A DNA stretch of 64,000 bases, taken from NCBI GenBank assembly GCA_964614825.1, contig CAZTNB010000001.1, positions 338 to 64,337 of the forward strand. Direction: 5' to 3'. How positions within the stretch are numbered: the first letter of the stretch is position 1; every line of letters begins with the position of its first letter. The notes beneath the pieces are model-generated. The model was not told the origin of the DNA. It saw nothing but the letters and a program-made list of their open reading frames with translations, and made no database searches. Positions 51,422 through 59,825 of the stretch are shown one piece after another. The stretch comes from an uncultured Gammaproteobacteria bacterium. Lineage in GTDB: Bacteria; Pseudomonadota; Gammaproteobacteria; Xanthomonadales; Ahniellaceae. The position numbers and the translations under genes are program-made.

Positions 51422-52588
51422 ATGCGCATCCTGGTCGTCACCTCGCAGTTCCCGATCGCGGGCGATCCGCAGCGCGGCCGGCCGGTGTACCAGACCGTGC
51501 GCGAGCTGGCGCGGCTCGCCACGGTCAAGGTGGTCAATCCGGTCGCGACCTATCCAGCCTGGGCGCAACCGCGCAGCTACCTCGCGCGCGCGCCGGGTCC
51601 GAATCCGGTCGCGGCGGAGTGCGACGCCGAATGCCTGCCCTACCCGACCGTGCCGGTGCTGGCGCGGCCCCTCAACGGCTGGCTGTGTGCGCGCGCGATC
51701 GCGCCGGCGGCGGCGGCCTTCGCGCCCGACGTGGTGCTGTCCTACTGGCTCTACCCTGACGCCTGGGGCGCGCTGCGCTGGGCCCGCCGCGCCGGCCTGC
51801 CGCTGGTCGCGGGCGCGCGCGGCTCCGACATCCGCGTGCGCGATCCCGTGAGCCGCTGGCTCACCCGCGCGGTGGTGCGCGGCGCGCGGCGCCTGCTGGT
51901 GGTGAGCGCCGACCTCGGCCGCCTCGCGGTGCGCGACTACGGCGCCGATGCGGCGCGCGTGCGCGTGATCCCCAACGGTTGCGATGCGCGCACCTTCCAC
52001 CTGCGCGACCGCGGCGAGGCGCGCGCGGCGCTGGGCATCGACGACGCGGCCGAACTGGTGCTCTACGTCGGGCGACTGGTGCCGGAAAAGGGCCTGCGTG
52101 AATTGATCGCGGCCACCCGCAGCCTGGCGGCGCAACGGCCGCGCCTGTCCCTGGTGCTGGTCGGCGATGGGCCGATGCGCGGCGAAATAGAGGCCGCGCT
52201 GGCCGCATCGCCCTGCCCCGCCGTGCGCCTCGCGGGCCCGCAGCCGCCGCACTCGGTGGCGGGTTGGCTGGCCGCGTGCAACCTGCTCGCGCTGCCCAGC
52301 TATTCGGAGGGCCATCCCAACGTGCTGGTGGAAGCGCTCGCCTGCGGCCGGCCGGTCGTGGCGACGCCGGTGGGCGGCATCCCCGAGGTGGTCGACGAGG
52401 GTTGCGCGATCCTGGTCGCGCCGCGCACGATCGAGCCGCTTGCCGCCGGCATCGCGCAGGCGCTGGACCGGGCCTGGGACGAGCAGGCGCTGTCGCGGCG
52501 CTATTCGCGCGATTGGTCCGAAGTCGCCACCGATACGCTCGAGGCCTGCGCCGAGGCCATCGCCGACGCGCGGCCCGCCACGACCTGA
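51422..52588 (+). CDS. Glycosyltransferase family 4
   Basis: ORF 49658..52588, trimmed to ATG at 51422 (MRILVVTSQFPIAGDPQRG...). VGRLVPEKGLRELI...LALPSYSEGHPNVLVEALACGRPVVATPVGGIPEVV. Confidence 0.9.
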   Translation: MRILVVTSQFPIAGDPQRGRPVYQTVRELARLATVKVVNPVATYPAWAQPRSYLARAPGPNPVAAECDAECLPYPTVPVLARPLNGWLCARAIAPAAAAFAPDVVLSYWLYPDAWGALRWARRAGLPLVAGARGSDIRVRDPVSRWLTRAVVRGARRLLVVSADLGRLAVRDYGADAARVRVIPNGCDARTFHLRDRGEARAALGIDDAAELVLYVGRLVPEKGLRELIAATRSLAAQRPRLSLVLVGDGPMRGEIEAALAASPCPAVRLAGPQPPHSVAGWLAACNLLALPSYSEGHPNVLVEALACGRPVVATPVGGIPEVVDEGCAILVAPRTIEPLAAGIAQALDRAWDEQALSRRYSRDWSEVATDTLEACAEAIADARPATT

Positions 52589-52607
52589 ACCCGATACGAT
52601 CGCAGCC

Positions 52608-54545
52608 ATGTGCGGAATCGCCGGATTCGCCGGACCCTCCTCCACGCCAGCCGAGGATCGCGCCACCCTCGAGGCGATGATCCACACGCTGAGCCACCGC
52701 GGCCCCGACGGCTACGGCTACCGGGTCGAGCCGGGCGTCGGCCTCGCCCACGCGCGGCTCTCGATCATCGACCTAGCCACCGGCGACCAGCCGATCCACA
52801 ACCCGGCGCAGACGGTGTGGACGGTCTTCAACGGCGAGATCTTCAACTACGTCGAGCTGCGGGCCGAACTCGAGCGCCTCGGGCACCGCTTCTATACCCA
52901 TTCCGACACCGAAGTGATCGTGCACCTGTACGACCGCTACGGCGACGATTTCGTCCAGCACCTGAATGGCCAGTTCGCCATCGCGCTGTGGGACGGCGCG
53001 CGTCGCCGCTTCGTGCTGGCGCGCGACCGCGCCGGCATCCGCCCGCTCTACTACACCCGGGCCCGCTCGCGCCTGTGGTTCGGCTCCGAGGTCAAGGCGC
53101 TGCTGGCGGCGCTGCCCGAACGCGCGCGCCTCGACCCGCTGGGCCTCGCGCAGGCGCTCAACCTGTGGGCGCCGCTGGATCCCGACAGCGTGTTCGCGGG
53201 CGTGCAGAGCCTGCCGCCGGGCTGCCGCCTGAGCATCGAGGCCGACGGCCGCGAACAGCTCGTGCAGTACTGGGACTGGCAGTTCCCGTCGCCCGGCGGC
53301 CTGGAGTACGCGCGCTACGACTCCATCGATGCGGCCGCCGCCGACCTGCGCGAACTGCTGGTGGATTCGGTGCGGCTGCAATTGCGCGCCGACGTGCCGG
53401 TCGGCGCCTACCTCAGCGGCGGGCTGGATTCCTCGGGCATCGTCGCCCTGGTCCGCGGCTTCACCCGGACGCCGGTCCGCACCTTCTCGGTCGCCTTCGC
53501 CGACGCCGAATTCGACGAGAGCGGGCACCAGATGGCGATGGTGCGGCACCTGGGCACCGAGCACAGCACCATCCGCTGCGAACGCCGCGACATCGGCGCG
53601 CTGTTCCCCGAGCTGATCCGCCACACCGAGGCGCCGATCCTGCGCACCGGCCCGCTGCCGCTGATGATGCTGTCGAAGCTGGTGCGCCAGCAGGGCTACA
53701 AGGTGGTGCTCACCGGCGAGGGGGCCGACGAAGTGTTCGGCGGCTACGACCTCTACAAGGAAGCCAAGGTGCGGCGCTTCTGGGCGCGGCAGCCGGATTC
53801 GAAGTTCCGGCCGCTGCTGCTGCGCCGCCTGTACGGATACCTGGCCAATTCGCCGGTGGGCAACGACGCGCTGGCGCAGTCCTTCTTCGGCAGCGGCATG
53901 GAGCACCTGGGCCGCCCGATCTTCGCCCACGCGCCGCGCTGGGCCACCGCGCGCCGCGCGCTGGCCTTCCTCTCGCCGGCGATGCGCGCCAGCATCGGCG
54001 ACTGGGACCCGCTGCGCCTGGTCGAGTCGCGGCTGCCGGCGGCGATCTCGACCTGGGGACCGCTGGCGCGCGACCAGTACGTGGAGGCGAAGTCGCTGCT
54101 GGCCGGCTACCTGCTGTCCTCGCAGGGCGATCGCGTGGGCATGGCCAATTCCATCGAGGGCCGCTTCCCCTACCTCGACCACCGCCTGATCGAGTTCGCC
54201 AACCGCCTGCCCGAGCACTACAAGATCCGCGGCCTGCGCGAGAAGTACGTGCTGCGGCGCGCGCTGGCCGGCCTGCTGCCCGAGGAGATCCTCCAGCGCA
54301 CCAAGCAGCCGTACCGGGCGCCGGACAGCGCCAGCTTCTTCCACGACGGCGAGCCGCTCGACTACGTGGCCGACCTGCTCGGCGCCGAGCGCATCCGGGC
54401 CGCCGGCTATTTCGATGCCGGCGCGGTGGGCAAGCTGCTCGACAAGTGCCGCGCGGGCCGCGCCACCGGCTTCGCCGACAACCAGGCCTTCGTCGGCATC
54501 CTGTCCACGATGCTGCTGGACCAGCACTTCGTGCGGCGGGCGTAG
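52608..54545 (+). CDS. Asparagine synthase (glutamine-hydrolysing)-family amidotransferase
   Basis: ORF 52440..54545, trimmed to ATG at 52608. MCGIAGFAG (N-terminal Cys), RGPDG, HARLSIIDL, NGEIFNY, and the PP-loop-like YLSGGLDSS. 645 aa. Confidence 0.9.
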   Translation: MCGIAGFAGPSSTPAEDRATLEAMIHTLSHRGPDGYGYRVEPGVGLAHARLSIIDLATGDQPIHNPAQTVWTVFNGEIFNYVELRAELERLGHRFYTHSDTEVIVHLYDRYGDDFVQHLNGQFAIALWDGARRRFVLARDRAGIRPLYYTRARSRLWFGSEVKALLAALPERARLDPLGLAQALNLWAPLDPDSVFAGVQSLPPGCRLSIEADGREQLVQYWDWQFPSPGGLEYARYDSIDAAAADLRELLVDSVRLQLRADVPVGAYLSGGLDSSGIVALVRGFTRTPVRTFSVAFADAEFDESGHQMAMVRHLGTEHSTIRCERRDIGALFPELIRHTEAPILRTGPLPLMMLSKLVRQQGYKVVLTGEGADEVFGGYDLYKEAKVRRFWARQPDSKFRPLLLRRLYGYLANSPVGNDALAQSFFGSGMEHLGRPIFAHAPRWATARRALAFLSPAMRASIGDWDPLRLVESRLPAAISTWGPLARDQYVEAKSLLAGYLLSSQGDRVGMANSIEGRFPYLDHRLIEFANRLPEHYKIRGLREKYVLRRALAGLLPEEILQRTKQPYRAPDSASFFHDGEPLDYVADLLGAERIRAAGYFDAGAVGKLLDKCRAGRATGFADNQAFVGILSTMLLDQHFVRRA

Positions 54546-54564
54546 GCCGCGGCGCGGTCACGGG

Positions 54565-54595
54565 CCCGCGGTCGCCCACTCCGCGGGCGACCGCG
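54565..54595. terminator. Strong GC hairpin between convergent genes (candidate bidirectional terminator)
   Basis: 12-bp perfect stem ccgcggtcgccc / gggcgaccgcgg with a 7-nt loop. Lies between the asnB-like stop (54545) and the dehydrogenase stop (54623). No U-tract. Confidence 0.4.
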
Positions 54596-54622
54596 GCCGA
54601 TCGGATCGCGATGCCCCCGCGG

Positions 54623-55804
54623 CTACGGCGTCGTCTCGAGGGCCACCCGCAGCAGCTTGCCGCTGTCCGCATCGGTCAGCACGTAGAGGTACCCGTCCGG
54701 CCCCTGGCGCACGTCGCGAATGCGTTCGCGCAGCTGCACCAGCAGCCGCTCCTCGTGCACGATGCGGTCGCCGTCGAGCTCGAGGCGGATCAGCGCGCTG
54801 CCCGCGAGCGCGCCGATGAAGAGGTTGCCACGCCAGCCCGGCATGCGGTCGCCGGTATAGAAGGCCATGCCGCTCACCGCCGGGGATTTCTCCCAGTAGT
54901 AGTGCGGCGGCTCCATCCCCGGCGCCTCCTTGCCGGTCGAGCCCGGCACCGGCTGGCCCGAGTAGTCGACGCCGTGGGTGACGACCGGCCAGCCGTAGTT
55001 CTTGCCGGCCTCGGGGATGTTGATCTCGTCGCCGCCCATGGGACCGTGCTCGTGGGTCCACACGCGCCGCGTGGTCGGGTGCAACGCGATGCCCTGCATG
55101 TTGCGGTGGCCGGTGGACCAGATCTCCGGCCGCGCGTCGTCGCGGCCGACGAAGGGATTGTCGGCGGGGATGCCGCCGTCGGGCGCGATCCGCACCAGCT
55201 TGCCCTGCAGCGTCTCCAGCGACTGCACGCGCCCGGCCTGGCGGTTGTCGCCCTGCGTCACCCACAGCAGGCCGTCGTCGTCGAACAGCAGGCGGGTGCC
55301 GACGTGGGTGCCGGCCGAGAGCTTGGGCTCCTGCCTGTAGACCACCTGCAGGTCGGCCAGCGCATCGTTCTCCAGGCGCGCGCGCGCCACCGCCGTCCCG
55401 CACAGGTTGCCGCGCAGGCTGGGCTCGCAGTAGCCGAGGTAGACCAGGTGGTCGGAGGCGAACTGCGGTGAAATGGCCACGTCGAGCAGCCCGGCCTGGC
55501 CATCGACATACACCTTGGGCACGCCGCCGAGCGGCGCGGAGACGGCGCCATCGGCGCCGATCCGGCGCAGGAAACCCGGGCGCTCGGTCACCAGCATCGA
55601 GCCGTCGGGCAGGAAGGCCAGGCCCCAGGGGTGCGCGAGCCCGGTCACGAGCTCGGTGACCTTCACGCGGCCCTTCTCGCTGTCATAGGCCTTGGCCTCG
55701 GCCGCCGGGGCGGCCCGCGGCTGGCTGACCGGCTGGGGCGGCTGTCGCTGGCAGCCGATGGACAGGGCCAGGGCCAGGGCGACGAACAGCAGACCTCGGT
55801 TCAC
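54623..55804 (-). CDS. PQQ-dependent soluble sugar (aldose) dehydrogenase-like lipoprotein
   Basis: ORF 54623..56266, trimmed to GTG at 55804 (SD GGAGG upstream). Lipobox LALSIGC. GLAHPWGLAFLPDG, GLLDVAISPQF, GHRNMQGIALHP, GGDEINIPEAGKNYGWP. Confidence 0.85.
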   Translation of the reverse strand: MNRGLLFVALALALSIGCQRQPPQPVSQPRAAPAAEAKAYDSEKGRVKVTELVTGLAHPWGLAFLPDGSMLVTERPGFLRRIGADGAVSAPLGGVPKVYVDGQAGLLDVAISPQFASDHLVYLGYCEPSLRGNLCGTAVARARLENDALADLQVVYRQEPKLSAGTHVGTRLLFDDDGLLWVTQGDNRQAGRVQSLETLQGKLVRIAPDGGIPADNPFVGRDDARPEIWSTGHRNMQGIALHPTTRRVWTHEHGPMGGDEINIPEAGKNYGWPVVTHGVDYSGQPVPGSTGKEAPGMEPPHYYWEKSPAVSGMAFYTGDRMPGWRGNLFIGALAGSALIRLELDGDRIVHEERLLVQLRERIRDVRQGPDGYLYVLTDADSGKLLRVALETTP

Positions 55805-55960
55805 GGCTCCACCTCCGGCCGGACGACTGCGGGCCAAGATAGCGTCTGGCGCCGCGCGGGGGAACCTCCGCCAGAGCACGGCTCCGGCGGCCGGGCGACC
55901 GGGAACGGGCCCGGTTCGGGCATAATCGGCGTCTTCGCATCGGGGGAGTCCGCAGTGGCC

Positions 55961-56209
55961 ATGTCGCAACGCGCGCTGGTGAGGCAATTCATCCTCAAGA
56001 ACTTCCTCTTCACCGAGGACGAGGCCGCGCTGGCGGATGGCGACTCCCTGATCCGCTCCGGGGTGGTGGATTCCACCGGCGTGCTGGAGCTGATCACGCA
56101 CCTGGAGGAATCGCTGGGCATCCGCGTGCCGCCGGAGGAAATGGTGCCGCAGAACTTCGACTCGATCGACGCCATCTGCGCCTACCTCGCACGCAAGGTC
56201 CCGGCCTGA
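55961..56209 (+). CDS. Stand-alone acyl carrier protein
   Basis: ORF 55631..56209, trimmed to ATG at 55961. 82 aa. Phosphopantetheine-site-like SGVVDSTGVLELITHLEE. Confidence 0.8.
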   Translation: MSQRALVRQFILKNFLFTEDEAALADGDSLIRSGVVDSTGVLELITHLEESLGIRVPPEEMVPQNFDSIDAICAYLARKVPA

Positions 56210-56225
56210 TCCGCGCCGCCGTGCG

Positions 56226-57752
56226 ATGAGCATGCTGCCCGCGAAGCTCGCGCGGATCGCCGCCACCGATCCGGGCCGCGTCGCGCTGGTCGACGGCGAG
56301 CGGCGCGCGGGCTACGGCGACTTGTGGGACGCGGCGCGCCGCTTCGCCGCGGTGCTCGCCGCGCGCGGCGTCGGCGCCGGCGACCGCGTCGCGGTGCTGC
56401 TGCCGAACTGCATCGAGGCGGTGGTCGCCTGCTACGGCGCCTGGCTGGCGCGGGCCGTGATCGTGCCGCTCAACGTGCAGGCGCGGGCGCGCGACTATGC
56501 GGCGTGGCTGTCGCACGCGCAGCCGGCGCTGCTGGTGCACGAGGCCGGCAGCGCCGACGTCGCCGAGGCGCTGGCGGCGGCCGCGCTGGCGGGCCTGCCC
56601 TGCATCGAGGTCGGGTCTGGCGCCGGGTCCGGGAGCGCCTGGGACCCGGCGCTGGCGGCGGTGGCGCCGGTGCCGGCCGGCGCCGATCCCGCCGCCGACG
56701 AGCCCGCGCTGATCCTCTACACCTCCGGCACCACCGGCAGCCCCAAGGGCGTGCTGCTCTCGCATGGCAACCTCGCCGCCAACGTCGAGGCGATCGTCGC
56801 CTACCTCGGCCTGCGCGCCGACGACAGCATCGTCAGCGTGCTGCCCTTCTACTACTCCTACGGCGCCTCGGTGCTGCACACGCACCTGTCGGTCGGCGCG
56901 CGGGTCAGCCTGGCGCCGAACCTGGTGTTCCCGCACCTGGTGGTGGAGAGCCTCGCCCGCGAGCGCGCCACCGGCTTCTCCGGCGTGCCCTCGACGTACG
57001 CCCTGCTGCTCGACCGGGTCGACCTCGCGGCGCACGACCTCTCGTCGCTGCGCTACCTCACCCAGGCGGGCGGGCCGATGGCGCCGGCGCTGACGACGCG
57101 CGTGCGCGCCGCGCTGCCGCAGGCGCGGCTGTACGTGATGTACGGCCAGACCGAGGCCACCGCGCGCCTGACCTGGCTGCCGCCGGAGCAGCTGGACCGA
57201 AAGCTGGGAGCCGTGGGCATCCCGCTCGAGGGCGTGTCGCTGCAGGTGCGGCGCGAGGACGGCAGCGTCGCCGCCACCGACGAGCCGGGCGAAGTGTGGG
57301 TTCGCGGCCCGAACGTGATGCAGGGCTACTGGCACAACCCGCAGGCCACCGCCGAGGTCCTGCGCGACGGCTGGCTGCGCACCGGCGACCTCGGCCGGCT
57401 CGACGCCGACGGCTACCTGTGGCTGTCCGGCCGGCGCAGCGACATGATCAAGACCGGCGCGCACCGCGTGCACCCGCAGGACGTCGAGGAAGCGATCGCC
57501 GAGCTGCCGGCGGTGGCCGAGGTCGCGGTGGTGGGCGTCGACGACGCGGTGCTGGGCCAGGTGGTCAAGGCCTGCATCGTGCGCGCGGGCGAGCTCAGCG
57601 CGGACCAGGTCAAGGCGCACTGCCGCCGGCGCCTCGCGCCGTACAAGATCCCGAAGCACGTCGAGTTCCTGGCCGCGCTTCCGAAAACCGCATCGGGCAA
57701 GGTCCGGCGCGTCGAACTCATCGCACCAACGCCATCGCAGGGGGCACCGTGA
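56226..57752 (+). CDS. AMP-dependent acyl-CoA/acyl-ACP ligase (ANL superfamily)
   Basis: 508 aa: LILYTSGTTGSPKGVLLSHGNL, YGQTEA, WLRTGDLG, GRRSDMIKTGAHRVHPQDVE, PKTASGKVRR. Confidence 0.9.
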   Translation: MSMLPAKLARIAATDPGRVALVDGERRAGYGDLWDAARRFAAVLAARGVGAGDRVAVLLPNCIEAVVACYGAWLARAVIVPLNVQARARDYAAWLSHAQPALLVHEAGSADVAEALAAAALAGLPCIEVGSGAGSGSAWDPALAAVAPVPAGADPAADEPALILYTSGTTGSPKGVLLSHGNLAANVEAIVAYLGLRADDSIVSVLPFYYSYGASVLHTHLSVGARVSLAPNLVFPHLVVESLARERATGFSGVPSTYALLLDRVDLAAHDLSSLRYLTQAGGPMAPALTTRVRAALPQARLYVMYGQTEATARLTWLPPEQLDRKLGAVGIPLEGVSLQVRREDGSVAATDEPGEVWVRGPNVMQGYWHNPQATAEVLRDGWLRTGDLGRLDADGYLWLSGRRSDMIKTGAHRVHPQDVEEAIAELPAVAEVAVVGVDDAVLGQVVKACIVRAGELSADQVKAHCRRRLAPYKIPKHVEFLAALPKTASGKVRRVELIAPTPSQGAP

Positions 57753-58738
57753 CGCAACTGGACTGGAACGTACTCGATCTCGACTACGAGCGCGAAGCCA
57801 CGCGCATCGCCGCGCGGCTGCGCGAGATCGTCGGCCGCACGCTGCACCGGCGCGGCCTGGTCGTGGCCATTTCCGGCGGCATCGACAGCTCGACCTGCCT
57901 CGGCCTGGCGGTGCGTGCGCTGGGCCCGGACAAGGTCCATGCGCTGATCCTGCCCGAGCGCGATTCCAACGACGACAGCGCGGCGCGCGCGCGCATCCTC
58001 GCCGACCACCTGGGCGTGCGCACCCAGACCCACGACATCGAGCCGGCGCTGGCCGCGATCGGCTGCTACGAGCAGCGCGACGCGGCGGTGCGCCGCGCCC
58101 TGCCCGGCTACGGCCCCGGCTGGCGCTTCAAGATCGTGATCGCCGGCGGGCGCGAGGGTCGCATCAACTATTTCCGGCTGGTCGCCAAGGCGGCGGACGG
58201 CACCGACCACGACGTGCCGCTGCCGCTCAACGAGTACCTCACGATCGTCGCGGCGACCAACTTCAAGCAGCGCATCCGCAAGACCCTGGAGTACTTCCAC
58301 GCCGACCGCCTCAACTACGCCGTCACCGGCACGCCGAACCGGCTCGAGTACGACCAGGGCTTCTTCGTCAAGAACGGCGACGGCGCGGCCGACGTCAAGC
58401 CGATCGCGCACCTGTACAAGAGCCAGGTCTACGGCATGGCGCGCCACCTGGGGCTGCCGGAGCGGGTCTGCGCCGCGGTGCCGACCACCGACACCTACAG
58501 CCTGGCGCAGGGCCAGGACGAGTTCTACTTCGCCCTGCCCTACCGTTCGATGGACCTGGCGCTGTGGGCGCTCAACCACCAGGTGCCGGCGGCCGAGGTC
58601 GCGCGCGTGCTCGGCATCGGCGTGACCGAGGCCGAGGCGGTGTACGCCGACATCGAGGCCAAGCGTCGCACCACGCGCTACCTGCACCTGGCGCCGGTGC
58701 TGGCCGGCGAAGTCCCGGAGCTGGACCTGCACCCGTGA
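57749..58738 (+). CDS. NAD synthetase (NadE)-family PP-loop ATP pyrophosphatase, without a glutaminase domain
   Basis: ORF 56324..58738, trimmed to GTG at 57749 (GTGA overlap with the ligase stop). PP-loop VVAISGGIDSST. 329 aa. Confidence 0.8.
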   Translation: MTQLDWNVLDLDYEREATRIAARLREIVGRTLHRRGLVVAISGGIDSSTCLGLAVRALGPDKVHALILPERDSNDDSAARARILADHLGVRTQTHDIEPALAAIGCYEQRDAAVRRALPGYGPGWRFKIVIAGGREGRINYFRLVAKAADGTDHDVPLPLNEYLTIVAATNFKQRIRKTLEYFHADRLNYAVTGTPNRLEYDQGFFVKNGDGAADVKPIAHLYKSQVYGMARHLGLPERVCAAVPTTDTYSLAQGQDEFYFALPYRSMDLALWALNHQVPAAEVARVLGIGVTEAEAVYADIEAKRRTTRYLHLAPVLAGEVPELDLHP

Positions 58739-59784
58739 GCGCAGCGCCGCCCGTGTCGCCGTATGCGGTCGAGATCGGGGAGGTCGCACGCGACCGCGAC
58801 ACCCTGCTCGCGATCTGGCGCGGCAACCTCGGCGAGCCGGCGCGCATGGCGGCGAAGTACGACTGGTTCTATCGCGGCTGCCCCTACGGCGAGCCGCTGG
58901 TGTGCCTGCTGCGCCACCGCGAGAGCGGCGCCGCGGTGGGGGTCGCCGTCGCCGGCCCGCGGCGCATGCAGCTGGGCGCGCGCAGCCTGCGCGCGGGCGT
59001 GCTGGTCGACATGGCGGTGCTGCCGGAACACCGTAGCCTGGGCCCGGCGCTGGCCTTGCAGCAGGGCCTGATGCAGGCGGCGGCCAGCCGTTTCGACCTC
59101 GTCTATGGATTCCCGAACCCGAAGGCGGCACCGGTGTTCAAGCGCGTCGGCTACGCCGCATTGGGCGAGATGGTGCGCTACGCGCGCGTGCTGCGCCATG
59201 CGCGCTACCTGGCGCGGCGCATGCCGCGGCCGCTGGCGCGGCTGGCGGGCACGGCGGTCGACCTTGCCGTCGCCGCGCGCGATGCCTGGCGGCGGCGCGG
59301 CGATCCCGCGCTGCGGGCGCAGTGGATCGACCACCTGGGCGCCGACGCCGATGCGCTGTGGAGCGCCGGCACGCCCTCGCCCATGGCGCTGGCGGTGCGC
59401 GACAGCGCGCTGCTGGAGTGGCGCTTCGGCCACGGCCCGGAGTCGCGCGTGCGCTATCTGGAATTGCGCGACCCCGCCGACCGGTCGCTGCGCGCCTGGT
59501 TCGCCGGCGAGGTCGTGGATGGCATCCTGCACGTCGGCGACTACTGGTCGACCGACGCGGCGCAGGGCGTGGGGCGCGTGGCGGTCGACGCCTTGCTGCG
59601 GGCTGCCCGCCGCGCCGGTTACATTGCGGTCTCGGTGCAGCTGGCGGGCGCGCCGGTCGAAGCCGCGGGGTGGCTCGCCGCCGGTTTCACGGCGCGCGCG
59701 CGGCGACCGGTCTACGGTCGCTGGTTCGGCAAGGAAGCGGCGCCCGCCGGGCTGCACCTGACCGCCGTGGACGAGGACGAGTGA
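58735..59784 (+). CDS. GNAT-fold acyltransferase-like protein (two-lobed, FemAB/BioF2-like size)
   Basis: ORF 58564..59784, trimmed to GTG at 58735 (GTGA overlap). GVLVDMAVLPEHRSLGPALALQQGLMQAA...YGFPNPKAAPVFKRVGY. 349 aa. Confidence 0.65.
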   Translation: MSAAPPVSPYAVEIGEVARDRDTLLAIWRGNLGEPARMAAKYDWFYRGCPYGEPLVCLLRHRESGAAVGVAVAGPRRMQLGARSLRAGVLVDMAVLPEHRSLGPALALQQGLMQAAASRFDLVYGFPNPKAAPVFKRVGYAALGEMVRYARVLRHARYLARRMPRPLARLAGTAVDLAVAARDAWRRRGDPALRAQWIDHLGADADALWSAGTPSPMALAVRDSALLEWRFGHGPESRVRYLELRDPADRSLRAWFAGEVVDGILHVGDYWSTDAAQGVGRVAVDALLRAARRAGYIAVSVQLAGAPVEAAGWLAAGFTARARRPVYGRWFGKEAAPAGLHLTAVDEDE

Positions 59785-59825
59785 AACCCGCGCCGCGGCG
59801 ATCGCGGCGCCAGCGAGGATCCGCC

